A stretch of DNA of 64,000 bases from Fuerstiella sp. (GCA_024230215.1 JAAERP010000192.1:1-64000); one strand, 5' to 3'; shown: positions 8,853 to 20,450, counted from the first letter of the stretch. The notes: a model not told the origin generated them from the letters alone. Translations and numbers: made by a program.

Positions 8853-10484
8853 ATGCTGAGAATCTGGAAAGCGTTAATGTGGGAATTCTCATCTCACGCC
8901 ATTCATCTGGCGTACGTGGCAGTTCTTGTGGCGATCATTGGACCGTGGCTGGGATGGGCGCTGACCGGATTCATCGAGATGTCACCCGATTACCAGACAC
9001 ATGCCAGGTTCTCGTTCTACTTCAGCTACGTTGGCATAGCGTTGTCTTTTTACGGCGCGGCTGCAGGTGCACCGATCGTTGAAATGCCGAAATTCAGCAG
9101 ACTGCACCCCGTGTCATCAAGGCTGCTGGCGACATTTTTCTGGCTGGTGCCGCCCTGCCTGATCATGCTGCTTAACGTGATCAGTCAGTGGGGCTATCGA
9201 ATTGTCTTTGGTACGACATGGCCCATTATGACGACAACGGTCTGTCTGGGAACTTTTTCCACGGTGATAATCGCCGGCGGTTGGTGGCTGACGACATTTC
9301 TCTGGCGCAGACTGGCGGTCGTGCTGCTGTGCGTCGGCTTGTGGGTTGTGTGGTTTGCCGACCACTTCTATGGCAATGGCTGGGACGCTGCAATGACCGT
9401 CTGGAATCGATTCACGGACGCCGACCTTATAGTTATTGCGACGACACTGTTGGTGACATGGTGCATAACGCTGTTTCGGCTGAAAAAATTTCGCTGTGGC
9501 GAAACTGACGCCAGCCGGCTGGTCACGCGAATGGAAGAAACCCCGTACATGATGGCTGCCGACGATGCGGCGTTTGCCCTGACTCCGCTGCCTGACGCTC
9601 CGACAGCATTTCTCGATATGGAATGGACTCGGAACAGCTACATCGTTCGCTGGCTGGCAAACATCTCCATTGGACTGTTTGCCTTACTGGCTGTGTTTGC
9701 ATGGCGTAGCGGTGGCAACCGGAACAACATTGAGGGCATTCTGGTGTTGCTGTCAATGTCCTCGGGCTACGTCGGCATCGCAGCGGGAGCAATGTTGGGC
9801 GGTGAAATGTGGGCAGGCCGCTCTGGCGAACTAAAGTCCACTCACAGTACGCTGCCGTTTTCAGATGCACAACTTGGACGACTTCTGTTGCGCGCGTGGC
9901 TGAAGGTGACAACGGTTATCTGGTTGATGGTTGTTGTGGCGACTCTGGGTCTGTTGGTACTCTGTGGAATCGTCACGGGCATCGCGAAGACCACAGAACA
10001 GGTTCACGACCTGTGGCTGGTACAACAACAGGGCTGGTTGACCGTCCTGGTGGTGCCAGCAGCCTCATTTCTATTGGCGTGGACCTTATCGGGAATCTCG
10101 GGAAGCGTCGTGCTGACAGGACGCAGGTGGCTTGGTTTTGCGGCGATCATTGTCCTCCCGACCATTGGTTTAGTATTTCTTGTGATCTACTCATTCTTTG
10201 GCGAACCAGGCCAAAGATTCGCATTTGCCTTGCTGCTGTGCCTGGTTGTGCTGGTCGCTTGTGGCGGCACTGCCTGCGTTTATGTCAACGCTGTGGTCAG
10301 GCGACTGCTGACCAGGAATCAGGTCTTTGTATGCGCAGCCGCTGTTCTGCTGCTGTGTGCCGCAACGTGGGTCGCCACACCCTCAACGATCTACTGGAAG
10401 ACTCTCTGGACGGCTTTGGTCTGCCTGTCCGCGGCCCCCGTCGCCAGTATGCCGTCGGCACTCGCGTGGAACCGGCACCGATAA
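8853..10484 (+). CDS. Polytopic membrane protein, putative permease partner of the ABC ATPase
   Basis: ATG at 8853 lies 1 nt after the ATPase stop, with a GGAGG RBS at 8843-8847. At least 10 predicted TM helices and no recognisable family. The ORF-track coordinates 8340-10484 include an out-of-frame upstream extension. Confidence 0.7.
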   Translation: MLRIWKALMWEFSSHAIHLAYVAVLVAIIGPWLGWALTGFIEMSPDYQTHARFSFYFSYVGIALSFYGAAAGAPIVEMPKFSRLHPVSSRLLATFFWLVPPCLIMLLNVISQWGYRIVFGTTWPIMTTTVCLGTFSTVIIAGGWWLTTFLWRRLAVVLLCVGLWVVWFADHFYGNGWDAAMTVWNRFTDADLIVIATTLLVTWCITLFRLKKFRCGETDASRLVTRMEETPYMMAADDAAFALTPLPDAPTAFLDMEWTRNSYIVRWLANISIGLFALLAVFAWRSGGNRNNIEGILVLLSMSSGYVGIAAGAMLGGEMWAGRSGELKSTHSTLPFSDAQLGRLLLRAWLKVTTVIWLMVVVATLGLLVLCGIVTGIAKTTEQVHDLWLVQQQGWLTVLVVPAASFLLAWTLSGISGSVVLTGRRWLGFAAIIVLPTIGLVFLVIYSFFGEPGQRFAFALLLCLVVLVACGGTACVYVNAVVRRLLTRNQVFVCAAAVLLLCAATWVATPSTIYWKTLWTALVCLSAAPVASMPSALAWNRHR

Positions 10485-10641
10485 GTCCGTCGCTCAACGA
10501 AATCGTGCACTGCGTATGACCACGACAGATTCTGCAAACACGCCTTGATGCCAACAAATCGTGTGAGGTCTGTTCCTATTTTGGCGGAGTCTTTTAGACT
10601 GCCGAAAAAGCAACACTCACTCCGTTTTGAAGTATAGACGC

Positions 10642-12171
10642 ATGGCAGTTTATCTGGGTATCGATATTGGCACCAGTGGCACCAAAACTCTGGCGATGAA
10701 CGAGGACGGTGCGATCCTTGCAGCCGCGACCGTGGAGTACCCGCTGTACAGTCCGAAGCCGGGCTGGTCCGAGCAGAATCCCGTCGACTGGTGGGCTGCC
10801 TCCGTCAAGAGTGTGAAGAAAGTCATGCGAGCGGCGAAGTTGAAGGCCGCGAGTGTCGGTGGCATCGGCCTGAGCGGACAGATGCACGGCAGCGTGTTTC
10901 TTGATAAGTCAGGCAGCGTCATTCGCCCAGCACTGCTGTGGAACGATCAGCGCACGGCCGCGGAATGTGTCGAGATCGAGAAGCGGGCGGGGGGACGAAA
11001 AAAACTGATCAAGATGGTTGCCAATCCGGCATTGACCGGCTTTACGGCTCCCAAAATTCTGTGGCTGCGCAACAACGAAAAGAAAAACTTCGACAAGACC
11101 GTTCAGATCCTGCTGCCCAAGGACTATGTGCGGTATCGTCTGACCGGAGAATTCGCAACGGAAGTCAGCGACGCGTCCGGAACTCTGCTGCTGGATGTCG
11201 TGAAACGCAGGTGGTCTAAGCGGCTGTTGGGAAAACTGGACCTTGATGCCAGCCTGTTTCCTCGAATGCACGAATCCGAGGACGTGACCGGCGGGCTATC
11301 AGCGATCGCGGCAAAAGCGATGGGCCTGAAAGTTGGTACACCCGTCGTTGGTGGAGGCGGTGACCAGGCAGCCAGCGCCATCGGCAACGGTATTGTTCGC
11401 AAAGGCGTCGTGTCGGCAACGATGGGCACCAGCGGAGTTGTATTTGCACACAGTGACCAGGTTCAGGTCGATCCTGAGGGACGACTGCACACATTCTGCC
11501 ATGCGGTGCGAGGCAAATGGCACGTGATGGGCTGCGTGTTGTCTGCTGGTGGCAGCCTGCAATGGTTCCGCAACGAACTCTGTCAGGCAGAAGTCGCCGC
11601 CGCAAAGAAGAAGAAGGTGGATCCGTATGAATTGATTACTCAACAGGCCGCCGAAGCTCCGGCAGGTTCGGAAGGCCTGTTCTTTCTGCCGTATCTCACT
11701 GGCGAACGCACGCCACATGCCGATCCGAACGCTCGCGGCAGCTGGGTTGGCCTGAGCCTGCGGCATGGCAAAGGGCACATGGCTCGATCCGTGATGGAAG
11801 GAGCCACCTATGCGATGCGCGATTCACTGGAAATCGCGAAGGGCATGAACATACCGGTGAAGGAAATTCGACTTTCCGGCGGCGGAGCCAGAAGTCAGTA
11901 CTGGCGGCAGATGCAGGCCGACATTTATGGACAACCGGTCGTGACGATCAATGCCGAAGAGGGACCAGCGTACGGCGTCGCCTTATTGGCGGCCGCAGGC
12001 ACCGGGGCCTACAAGGACGTGGTCGAAGCCTGCAAGGCGACGATCTCCGTCGTCACAAAAACGGCCGCAAAGCCCGCTGCAAAGAAAACATACAACAAGG
12101 CATACCCCGTGTATCAGCAGTTGTATGCGTCGCTGAAAGATGACTTTGCGGAGATACAGAAGCTGGTGTGA
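10642..12171 (+). CDS. xylB: Xylulokinase (FGGY carbohydrate kinase)
   Basis: N-terminus [19 protein letters not shown] with [12 protein letters not shown], the FGGY_N/FGGY_C architecture, and GGGA motifs. About 510 aa. Confidence 0.9.
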   Translation: MAVYLGIDIGTSGTKTLAMNEDGAILAAATVEYPLYSPKPGWSEQNPVDWWAASVKSVKKVMRAAKLKAASVGGIGLSGQMHGSVFLDKSGSVIRPALLWNDQRTAAECVEIEKRAGGRKKLIKMVANPALTGFTAPKILWLRNNEKKNFDKTVQILLPKDYVRYRLTGEFATEVSDASGTLLLDVVKRRWSKRLLGKLDLDASLFPRMHESEDVTGGLSAIAAKAMGLKVGTPVVGGGGDQAASAIGNGIVRKGVVSATMGTSGVVFAHSDQVQVDPEGRLHTFCHAVRGKWHVMGCVLSAGGSLQWFRNELCQAEVAAAKKKKVDPYELITQQAAEAPAGSEGLFFLPYLTGERTPHADPNARGSWVGLSLRHGKGHMARSVMEGATYAMRDSLEIAKGMNIPVKEIRLSGGGARSQYWRQMQADIYGQPVVTINAEEGPAYGVALLAAAGTGAYKDVVEACKATISVVTKTAAKPAAKKTYNKAYPVYQQLYASLKDDFAEIQKLV

Positions 12172-12208
12172 ACACAAGTAGTTCAAAAACCCTGGTAGCA
12201 ATCTTGGG

Positions 12209-13240
12209 TCAGTGACCTGGCATGCACCAATTGTTCCATTGCTGATTCAGCCATTCCGGGTTCGGTGCGGCGTCCGTGATCAGAAAGCGGTAGCGTCCGT
12301 GGAATGGGTGATCCTGATCAATCGCGAATTCTCCGTCAGCGCAGGGCGCAAAGCAGAAGTACGGCTTGTTTGGATGCAGGCGAGCCGCCTGGGGAGCTCG
12401 AAAGTTCTCGGCGTGACACAGGACGGTGATGCTGACGGGAGCTGTGTCGAGCGTTCCTGTCAACGAAACCCATCTGGCGTGTTCGTGGTTTCCTTTGCGA
12501 CGTTCCGAACCGTGATCGTTCAAAAAGTCACTCGGTTCGCGTTCTTTGTCACCATCGACCGCAGCGTTCCCGGACTTCTTCTGCAGCCATCGCACGGGGC
12601 CGCGGAGCGCGATTCCGCCGTAGTGATATTCGCTGATGACGAGCGGCTTTGCGGTCAGACCCGTCTGCGTCGTTTCCAGGTCGAAACAGTGATACGCGCC
12701 ATCGGTCGGATAGGCGGAGATCTTCCAGCGTTCTCGCAGGATGTCGACCACCGGTTCCTGTACAGCTCGATGCACCAGATCCACTTCGAAACCGGTAGCG
12801 TCGTTGTCGCTGAACGTAGTGACGACACGTTCGTGGAGAACTCGCCCGGTACCGCCGGCGAGATTCCAGAAGTCGACGTCGCGACTATCCCATTTTGTGC
12901 GAACCCACGCCGAAAATATTCCGTGCTGATGCGGGTGATCAAACGGAAAAGTTGCAGTGACGACTTTACCGGCTGGCGACGCCACCGGATGCAGGAAGCC
13001 GCTGCGACGGTAGGCTGGATCAATCCCGTCAGGCAGCGTCGGCGACTGCTTGTTGTACGCGAGAATCTGTTGGCCACCTTGAGTAATTGTAATGGCGGCT
13101 TTCGTCTCAGTCAGTCGCAGTTGTGCTGATGTCGCAACTTGCTGACCGGGTGACTGATCCGCAGGCAATGTGCCTGTTGAAAAACACGGCAGCAGGACAC
13201 CGAGCAACGTGATGAACCTTGTTCGACAATATGTATTCAT
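12209..13240 (-). CDS. PmoA-family (PF14100/DUF6807-like) protein, secreted
   Basis: Signal peptide MNTYCRTRFITLLGVLLPCFS. The conserved core RSGFLHPVASPAGKVVTATFPFDHPHQHGIFSAWV is shared with two paralogs at 51749 and 52745. Confidence 0.75.
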   Translation of the reverse strand: MNTYCRTRFITLLGVLLPCFSTGTLPADQSPGQQVATSAQLRLTETKAAITITQGGQQILAYNKQSPTLPDGIDPAYRRSGFLHPVASPAGKVVTATFPFDHPHQHGIFSAWVRTKWDSRDVDFWNLAGGTGRVLHERVVTTFSDNDATGFEVDLVHRAVQEPVVDILRERWKISAYPTDGAYHCFDLETTQTGLTAKPLVISEYHYGGIALRGPVRWLQKKSGNAAVDGDKEREPSDFLNDHGSERRKGNHEHARWVSLTGTLDTAPVSITVLCHAENFRAPQAARLHPNKPYFCFAPCADGEFAIDQDHPFHGRYRFLITDAAPNPEWLNQQWNNWCMPGH

Positions 13241-13845
13241 GGCAGATTCCATCAGGGACTGCTCGGAAATCGCTCGCTGTCGACGATGTGTCAACGGAGA
13301 CAATTGTCTGTGCGAACACGCTGAGGCTTACAATTCCACCAAAATCAGGCATTCATTGCGAACGGCGGGGCCAGATCATTGTCGTTCTGGAAACTGCGTG
13401 CATCGCGACCGCCGCTCGCCCCACCGTTTATTCGCCACTTGTCTCATGTCACTGCCCATCTTTCAAATTGTTGCTTTCGCAGACCGACCGTATACCGGAA
13501 ACCCGGCGGCCGTCGTGTTTCCTGGCGACGAACCCAACAGTCACTGAATGCAGTCCGTGGCCGCTGAGATGAATCTTGCCGAACGGCCTTCGTTCAAAGG
13601 CTGACGCCAAACCGATTCGAACTGCGCTGGTTTACTCCACTGACAGAGGTGGACCTGTGTGGACATGCCACGCTGGCCACCCCATCCCGACGTCGTACGT
13701 CGTATGTCGGTACGAGCATATACAATGGAGATGAGTATCGTGGGGGATCGAGATCTGTTGCGAGGTAAAGCTGTCACGATCTTTCGTGGCACGCTGGAGG
13801 TGTATGCGTCACTCTCAGGTGTCACATCAGCCTGGGAAGCCCGGG

Positions 13846-15516
13846 CTACTTTTTCCGCTTTGCCAGACTGGCCTCACGGCGTGCCAGAAACTCGTGCGAC
13901 AGTTCGACCGCTCGTTGTCGGTTAGCTTCGTCATAGTCCCAGAACTCCTGCACGATTTCTTCGCACTGCGGATAGTGCGACCCATCGTCACCGATGTCTT
14001 TGCGAAGTTGCGCAAATTGAGCTTTCAGCCTGGTGCCAACATCACGGTACGCAGAATCGTCATAGACATTGTTCAGTTCCTGCGGGTCTTTTACCAGGTC
14101 GTACAGTTCCCAGGCTGGCGGCGTCTGATCAGCGCCTTTGTAGTTACAACCATAGAAATAGATCAGCTTATGAGTCTTCGTACGAATGGCCATCTCGCCT
14201 GGATTGTCATGGTGAGCCATATGCATCCAATATCGGTAATACGTCGCCTGCTTCCACCCGTCTGGTTCCTTGCCGGTTTCACAGATGCTGCGGAACGATC
14301 GTCCCTGCACGGATGCCGGAATATCAGCCCCGGCGAAGTCCAGCATCAGAGCAGGGTAGTCGACGTTCTCCACGATCGCATCACTGCGGATGCCAGGTGA
14401 AATGGTCCGAGGATAGCGGACGATGAAAGGCATGCGTTCAGACTGATCGTAGGCCCAGCGTTTGTCCTGGTAGTCTCTTTCGCCCAGCCAGAATCCCTGG
14501 TCACCCGTGTAGATGATGACGGTGTTGTCGTAAAGGCCTTCCGTCTTCAGGTAGTCGAACAGCCGCTTCAGGTTGTCGTCCACTCCCTTAACGCATCGCA
14601 GATATTTCTTGAGATACGCCTGATACGCCAGTCGCTTGATGTCGTAGTCGGAAAGATTCGGGTCCTTGTGATCCCACTTGAATTCCTTTGGAAATCTACC
14701 GGGCAGATCGGCTGCATAGCTTCGCCGGGGATTGCGTCGGCCGATGGATGTGCCGATGTGGGGCACCAGTTCATCGTTGTGACCTCGCGTCGCGATCGAT
14801 CCCCAGGTATCCGGCATTTCCCACAGCGTAGCCGGTTCCGGAATATCGACATCGGCCAGATACGTATCGTAGCGTGGCGCACTTTCGAAGTAATCGTGCG
14901 GAGCTTTGAACTGGTGGCAAAGGAAGAATGGTTGTTCCGGATCACGATGTTTCCTGAACCATTCCAGCGTGGAATCCGTAATCGCATCGGAGGAATGCAT
15001 GCCCTGGTGCGTCACGACATTCTTCGGCCACGGTTGATCGCCCTGAATTCGGAATTCTGTGTTGAAGTATTTTCCCTGGCCGGGCAGCACCTTGTAGTAG
15101 TCAAAGCTGGGCTCGGTCTTCAGATGCCATTTGCCGACAATCGCCGTCTGATACCCTGCCTTCTTCATCTGAATAGGCAGCGTTTGTTTGTCAGCTGCAA
15201 TTCGTCCCCCCAGATCAAACACGCCGTTGATGTGGTCATACTGACCGGTGATCACACAGGCCCGGGAAGGAGTACAGATGGCGTTGGTGCAGAAGGCGTT
15301 ATCAAAGCAAATGCCTTCGGACGCCAGGGTATCAATCGTCGGCGTCGGATCCAGAGTCTTCAGCAGTGTTGCGAATGCCCCAACTGCCTGAGCCGTGTGA
15401 TCGTCCGACATGATGAACAGAATATTCGGCCGGTCAGCAGCGCTCACCGGATTGATCACACCTGCCGGAATTGTCGCGATGAATGACGTCGCCAGTATTG
15501 CTGCAGTTTTGAGCAT
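13846..15516 (-). CDS. Sulfatase, secreted
   Basis: C-x-P-x-R motif (CTPSRACVITGQY) and ILFIMSDDH. Signal peptide from the ATG at 15516 (MLKTAAILATSFIATIPAGV). Confidence 0.9.
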   Translation of the reverse strand: MLKTAAILATSFIATIPAGVINPVSAADRPNILFIMSDDHTAQAVGAFATLLKTLDPTPTIDTLASEGICFDNAFCTNAICTPSRACVITGQYDHINGVFDLGGRIAADKQTLPIQMKKAGYQTAIVGKWHLKTEPSFDYYKVLPGQGKYFNTEFRIQGDQPWPKNVVTHQGMHSSDAITDSTLEWFRKHRDPEQPFFLCHQFKAPHDYFESAPRYDTYLADVDIPEPATLWEMPDTWGSIATRGHNDELVPHIGTSIGRRNPRRSYAADLPGRFPKEFKWDHKDPNLSDYDIKRLAYQAYLKKYLRCVKGVDDNLKRLFDYLKTEGLYDNTVIIYTGDQGFWLGERDYQDKRWAYDQSERMPFIVRYPRTISPGIRSDAIVENVDYPALMLDFAGADIPASVQGRSFRSICETGKEPDGWKQATYYRYWMHMAHHDNPGEMAIRTKTHKLIYFYGCNYKGADQTPPAWELYDLVKDPQELNNVYDDSAYRDVGTRLKAQFAQLRKDIGDDGSHYPQCEEIVQEFWDYDEANRQRAVELSHEFLARREASLAKRKK

Positions 15517-15789
15517 GATTAGACGTTTCAGATCTGAGGGGGGATGATTCCAGGTTCCGAACCCTGGTTTGGAACCGCATATTCTCGACCGTAACCCACC
15601 AGCTTTGCTGGTGCGCACTCATGAGACCCTGCCGTTCCTGATACAAGCACGCTGCGCCAGCAAGTGATTTTCACGATCGCAAAAAAATCACTCACGCCTG
15701 TTGTATTGCGGCCCCTTTCATGGGGCCTTCGTAATCACCGGCAGCGCAGCTTCCAGGACAGATGCTTCCAGGATGACCTGGGTTCGAAG

Positions 15790-17124
15790 TTACTCGGCCT
15801 TTTTCTTCGGTGACGGAGCCAGCTCTTTAATACTCACGTTTCGGAACTCAACCGGGTCATTGTGACCAGCGAATCCAAAGAAACCGCTGGTGCGATCTTT
15901 TCCCGGGTGAGGCCGTTCAGCCATGAACTCGGTCACTTTCGACAGGTCGGCATCCAGAATCAAGCTGCCATTGAGCTCCACTCTGATTGTGCTGCCATCC
16001 ACGGTGACCTGCTGGAAATTCCACTGCCCGGTCTCACGCAGATAGCCGCGATGCGCGGCAACCATTCCGTAGGCACACCCGTGATATTGCCGGGCGTCAA
16101 GCTTCGCGTATTTTTCGTGTTCAGAATCGAGCACCTGCAGTTCACACATGGCGGCATATGCAGGGTCACCATCACCGGGCGATCGAATGGCAAGACCGTT
16201 GTTTCCACCAGGCGGCAGCTTGAACTCGAGACGGGCAATAAAGTTGCCGTATTCATTTTCTGTCAGCAGTTGTCCGCCGTGGCCGGCTTTGCACCGAATG
16301 GCACCGTCGACGACCTCATAGTTTTCCAGAGCACCCTGCCAGCCGGTCAGATCTTTGCCGTTAAACAGCTGCTGGAAGGCCTGTTGCTGATGAGCTGACA
16401 GCAGGCGATTAGCTTCGTCTGGCGAAATCTCACGGATGAACAGATTCTTCCAGCGGATCTCACCTCCGTGTGTCTGCAATTCGATCGGCCCCTTCGCAAA
16501 CAAGGGTGACTTGCGATCCCAGTAGTTTTCCATGATCGCGTTGTCGACCAGCAACTGGCCGTTCAACCAAACCGTTGTTCGAGCCCCCAGTTGGCGAATT
16601 CGAAAAGTGTTCCATTCGCCAAATGGGTTGTCAGCCAGCACGAAAGGATTTTTCCCGGGAGCTCCGGCACTGTTGTTCCACAGTCCTCCACTGCCCAGGT
16701 CAGAGTCGATCCCGAACTTACCGGGATCCGTGTAGTCCCAGATCTGAACCTGTGGCGTGCCTTTCAAATAGATTCCGCTGTCGGCACGAGGCACGGTCTT
16801 GAAATCAATCAGGAATTCGTAGTCACCAAACTCATCATTCGTAACGAGGTACGCGCCATGCCCGTCGTTGACCAGTTCTCCGTTTTCAACGGTCCAGTGT
16901 TGTTTCGCGCCTGCCGTCCATTCACTGATCTTCGCATTACGGTCTTCGTCGGTCATTTCCCCCAGCTTCCGAGGGTCAAAGTGTGGCCTGCCCTGCCAGC
17001 CATCCAGATCCTTGCCGTTGAATAACGGTCGAAATCCTTCTGGTGCTTCGGCTGCGTGTGTGGCTGGGTGCAAAATGCCAACGATTGAGAGCAGGCATAG
17101 GAACGCATGGCGGCAAGTGAACAT
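15790..17124 (-). CDS. Tandem DUF1080 (3-keto-disaccharide hydrolase-like) domain protein, secreted
   Basis: Two repeats of the FNGKDL(D/T)GWQG ... G(P)IELQTHGGEIRWKNLFI / FAGHNDPVEFRNVSI pattern. Signal peptide from the ATG at 17124. Confidence 0.85.
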   Translation of the reverse strand: MFTCRHAFLCLLSIVGILHPATHAAEAPEGFRPLFNGKDLDGWQGRPHFDPRKLGEMTDEDRNAKISEWTAGAKQHWTVENGELVNDGHGAYLVTNDEFGDYEFLIDFKTVPRADSGIYLKGTPQVQIWDYTDPGKFGIDSDLGSGGLWNNSAGAPGKNPFVLADNPFGEWNTFRIRQLGARTTVWLNGQLLVDNAIMENYWDRKSPLFAKGPIELQTHGGEIRWKNLFIREISPDEANRLLSAHQQQAFQQLFNGKDLTGWQGALENYEVVDGAIRCKAGHGGQLLTENEYGNFIARLEFKLPPGGNNGLAIRSPGDGDPAYAAMCELQVLDSEHEKYAKLDARQYHGCAYGMVAAHRGYLRETGQWNFQQVTVDGSTIRVELNGSLILDADLSKVTEFMAERPHPGKDRTSGFFGFAGHNDPVEFRNVSIKELAPSPKKKAE

Positions 17125-17428
17125 CAAGAAGAATCTCCGGGGCGGTGGGGAATCGATTGGTTGAAGGTGAGCTACACGCATAGGTTACGAAGAAACCGAC
17201 GAAAAACAATGGCGCCCGAAGCCGTTATGTGGCTCCAACGTCTTTCAAAATTCAGCGATGCGGGGAGAAATCGACGCACATCCTTCCATTCGGAACAACG
17301 CCTAATTCAGGCTCATCGCCACTACTCGCTGAGATTTTGTGATCCGCAGGGGCGAATACACGTTATGACTGAGGTTTCCGCCCGGACGAAGCTGGATAAT
17401 CGCAAATCAATGTCGCAAAGGGAATCAC

Positions 17429-18052
17429 GTGGAACAGTTCATTGAAAGCTGCTTTTCGTGGCCGTCATGGCCAGCGTCGGTGCTGCTGTTGTGTGTCTGC
17501 GTCTACTGGATGCTGATGATTGTCGGAGCGGTGGACCTGGACTTTCTGGATATCGATGTGGATCTGGATCTCGACATTGACGTCGACGCCGACCCATCAA
17601 TCCTGGAGTTTGGATTTATTCCGCTGAAGTTCCTGAACATCGGCAGTGTGCCGACGATGGTGTGGGGCAGCATTTTTGCGTTGGTGGGCTGGATGGTGTC
17701 GCGACTGTGGAACAGTCCGTTGCCCCATCCGTCATTTGAGTGGACCAGCGATTCGCTGGCGATCATACGTGACTTTGGGGTGGCCGCGATGCTGACAAAG
17801 ATCATCACACAGCCAATGCGAGGGCGCTTTGACCCGGTGGAACCAAACAAAGCAGAAGACCTTGTTGGTCAGACGTGCATTGTCACGACCAGCGAAGTCA
17901 CAGACACGTTTGGAGAGGCGGAGTTTGCGACGGAAGGTGCGCCACTGCGGCTTAACGTTCGCAACGGCAAACGGGACATCAGCAAAGGGGACACGGTGCT
18001 GATCACGTACTTCCGAAGTGAAACGAATGAGTACGTTGTAGAACGAATGTGA
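17429..18052 (+). CDS. NfeD-like / YqiJ (DUF1449)-type membrane protein
   Basis: TM helix, an acidic DLDFLDIDVDLDLDIDVDAD loop, two more TM helices, and a C-terminal OB-fold-like beta domain (GQTCIVTTSEV...GDTVLITYF). The architecture matches E. coli YqiJ, and the gene sits directly upstream of a flotillin gene. Confidence 0.75.
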   Translation: MEQFIESCFSWPSWPASVLLLCVCVYWMLMIVGAVDLDFLDIDVDLDLDIDVDADPSILEFGFIPLKFLNIGSVPTMVWGSIFALVGWMVSRLWNSPLPHPSFEWTSDSLAIIRDFGVAAMLTKIITQPMRGRFDPVEPNKAEDLVGQTCIVTTSEVTDTFGEAEFATEGAPLRLNVRNGKRDISKGDTVLITYFRSETNEYVVERM

Positions 18053-18222
18053 GTGGTCTCCGGAATCGGCAAAGGAGTTCACTCGATCGGCAGGTCATCA
18101 GGAAATCGTCTAACCGTGTGCTCAACGGACCACGCGAAACACGATGGTTAGAAGAACGCGGGGCGTTGCCCACGCAGTTAAACCAAACAAGACAGAATTC
18201 GATATAGAAACAGGAGCGTCAC

Positions 18223-20259
18223 ATGCTTGCTCAAACATTTCTGGGAATGGACAGCCAGCAGCTGCTGGTAGTCGGCGCGGTGCTGGTCATTCTCGTCCTG
18301 ATGCTCGTGGGAATGGCTACCGCATTCTCAAAGTTCTATCGCAAGCCCGGCCCGGAAGAGGCCATCATTCGGACCGGGGTGAAGGGGTTGGCGGTGATCA
18401 CGGGAAAAGGCATGATCGTGATTCCGCTCATTCAGGAAGCACACGTGATGGACCTGTCCGTTAAACGCATTCTGATCTCACGCGATGGCGAAGACGGCCT
18501 GATCTGTGAGGACAATATGCGAGCCGACATTAAAGTGACCTTCTTTATTCGAGTTAACAATCAGACGAACGACATCAAAACCGTTGCCGAAACCATCGGC
18601 CCCCGTCGAGCATCAGAGCAGGACAAGCTGGAAGAGCTTTTCGAAGCAAAGTTCTCTGAAGCACTGAAGACCGTTGGCAAGAACTTCGAATTTGTTCAAC
18701 TGTATACGGAACGAGATCAATTCAAGGAACAGATTCTGAAAGTGATCGGCACCGACCTGAACGGCTACGTACTGGACGACTGTGCGATTGACTATCTGGA
18801 ACAGACACCGCTGGATCGTCTTAGTCCGACGAACATCCTTGACGCCGAAGGAATCAAGAAGATCACGGAACTAACGGCGGCCGAAAAAGTCAAAGAGAAC
18901 TTCTTCACTCGTGAAAAGGAAAAGACGCTGAAGAAGCAGGACGTGGAAGCTCAGGAAGCGATTCTGGAACTGGAAAAGCAACGCGTCGAGGCGGTCGAAA
19001 AACAGCATCGCGAAATTGCGGCGATTACTTCTCGTGAACACGCTGAAGCCGCGAGAATTCAGGAAGAAGAACGACTGAAGGCTGACTCTGCCCGGATTCG
19101 CACGGAAGAGGAATTGCAGGTCCAGGAAGAGAATAAACAACGACAGGTCCTTGTTGCTCAACGAAACAAGGAGAAAACAGATGCCGTTGAACAGGAGCGA
19201 GTCACTCGTGACCGCGAACTGGAAGTGACGGAGCGGCAGAGGGTTGTTGGGTTGGCTGAAATTGAAAAAGAGAAGGTGATTGAAGTCGAGAAAAAGAACA
19301 TTCAGGAAGTCATCCGCGAACGAGTTACTGTCGAACGCGACGTCGTGGAGGAACAGGAAAAAATCAAGAACACCGAAGCATTCATGGATGCGGACCGACA
19401 GAAGCAGGTGGCCGTCACGCTGGCGGAAAAGACAGCCGAGGAAGCGTTGGTCAAGCAGGTCAAAGCGGCGGAAGCTTCGAAGACAGCTGCTGGACTGCAT
19501 GCTGACGAAGTTGTCGTTGCGGCCGAAGGCAAGCGGGCGTCCGCCGAGAAGGAAACGGAAGCGACCAAGATGCTGGCCGAAGCCAAAGCTGCCGATCACG
19601 CCGCGATTGGCCTGGCGGAAGCCGATGTTATGAATGCCAAAGCTGACGCTACTGAAAAGACCGGCACCGCCGAGGCTCAGGTGCTGCAGCTGAAATTCAG
19701 TGCCGAAGCAACCGGCATTCAGGAGAAGGCGGAAGCCATGAAGCTGTTCGACAGCGTCGGCCGAGAACACGAAGAGTTCAAACTGCAGTTGAACAAGGAA
19801 AAGGAAATCGAAATCGTTGCGATTCAGACTCAGCAGTACATCGCGGAAGCTCAGGCGGGCATCGTTGGCGAAGCTCTCAAGACGGCTCGCATCGATATCG
19901 TCGGTGGCGAAAGCACGTTCTTCGATCAGATCGTGAATTCGGTCAAGGCCGGCAAGTCGGTTGATCGCTTCGTGCAAAACAGCGAAACCGTGACCGACGT
20001 GAAACAGACGTTCTTTAACGGTGATCCCGAATACTTCCGCAATAAACTGACTCAGTTTGCCAGCCAGTTCAATATGAGTTTTGACGACGTGAAGGATCTT
20101 TCGGTGGCTGCGTTGATCGGAAAAATGTTGACGATGGCGGACACGGATGAATCAAAGTCCGAGTTATCCCGCATGCTGGACACGGTCTCGGGGTCGTCGC
20201 TGGCCACACAGAAAATCGCGTCTCTGGCCGGAGGGCTTGCGGGCAGAACAGAGTCGTGA
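18223..20259 (+). CDS. Flotillin-like SPFH/band-7 protein (YqiK type) with long E/A/K-rich coiled coil
   Basis: N-terminal TM helix + FYRKPGPEEAIIRTG...VITGKGMIVIPLIQEAHVMDL...ADIKVTFFIRV is clearly homologous to YqiK/flotillin. About 350 aa of EA-repeat coiled coil follows. Confidence 0.9.
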   Translation: MLAQTFLGMDSQQLLVVGAVLVILVLMLVGMATAFSKFYRKPGPEEAIIRTGVKGLAVITGKGMIVIPLIQEAHVMDLSVKRILISRDGEDGLICEDNMRADIKVTFFIRVNNQTNDIKTVAETIGPRRASEQDKLEELFEAKFSEALKTVGKNFEFVQLYTERDQFKEQILKVIGTDLNGYVLDDCAIDYLEQTPLDRLSPTNILDAEGIKKITELTAAEKVKENFFTREKEKTLKKQDVEAQEAILELEKQRVEAVEKQHREIAAITSREHAEAARIQEEERLKADSARIRTEEELQVQEENKQRQVLVAQRNKEKTDAVEQERVTRDRELEVTERQRVVGLAEIEKEKVIEVEKKNIQEVIRERVTVERDVVEEQEKIKNTEAFMDADRQKQVAVTLAEKTAEEALVKQVKAAEASKTAAGLHADEVVVAAEGKRASAEKETEATKMLAEAKAADHAAIGLAEADVMNAKADATEKTGTAEAQVLQLKFSAEATGIQEKAEAMKLFDSVGREHEEFKLQLNKEKEIEIVAIQTQQYIAEAQAGIVGEALKTARIDIVGGESTFFDQIVNSVKAGKSVDRFVQNSETVTDVKQTFFNGDPEYFRNKLTQFASQFNMSFDDVKDLSVAALIGKMLTMADTDESKSELSRMLDTVSGSSLATQKIASLAGGLAGRTES

Positions 20260-20450
20260 CGCCAACGAACATGCGGCTTTCCAACGGCCCCCTTCTGCTT
20301 TCCGGGGAGAACGGGGCCGAAGACCGGATGAGGGGCCTGTGACGGAAGAACATGCACGTGACCAGCCGTCGTACGCAAGCCCCCTCAACCTAACCCTTTC
20401 TCCAGCGGTGGAGAGAGGACAATCGCAAACTGTTTCCGTCTTAATACTTC

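Noticed and set aside
8340-10484. 714-aa ORF suggesting a much longer membrane protein
   Set aside because: The first 170 codons or so are an out-of-frame read-through overlapping the ABC ATPase gene. A GGAGG RBS and the ATG at 8853 immediately follow the ATPase stop.
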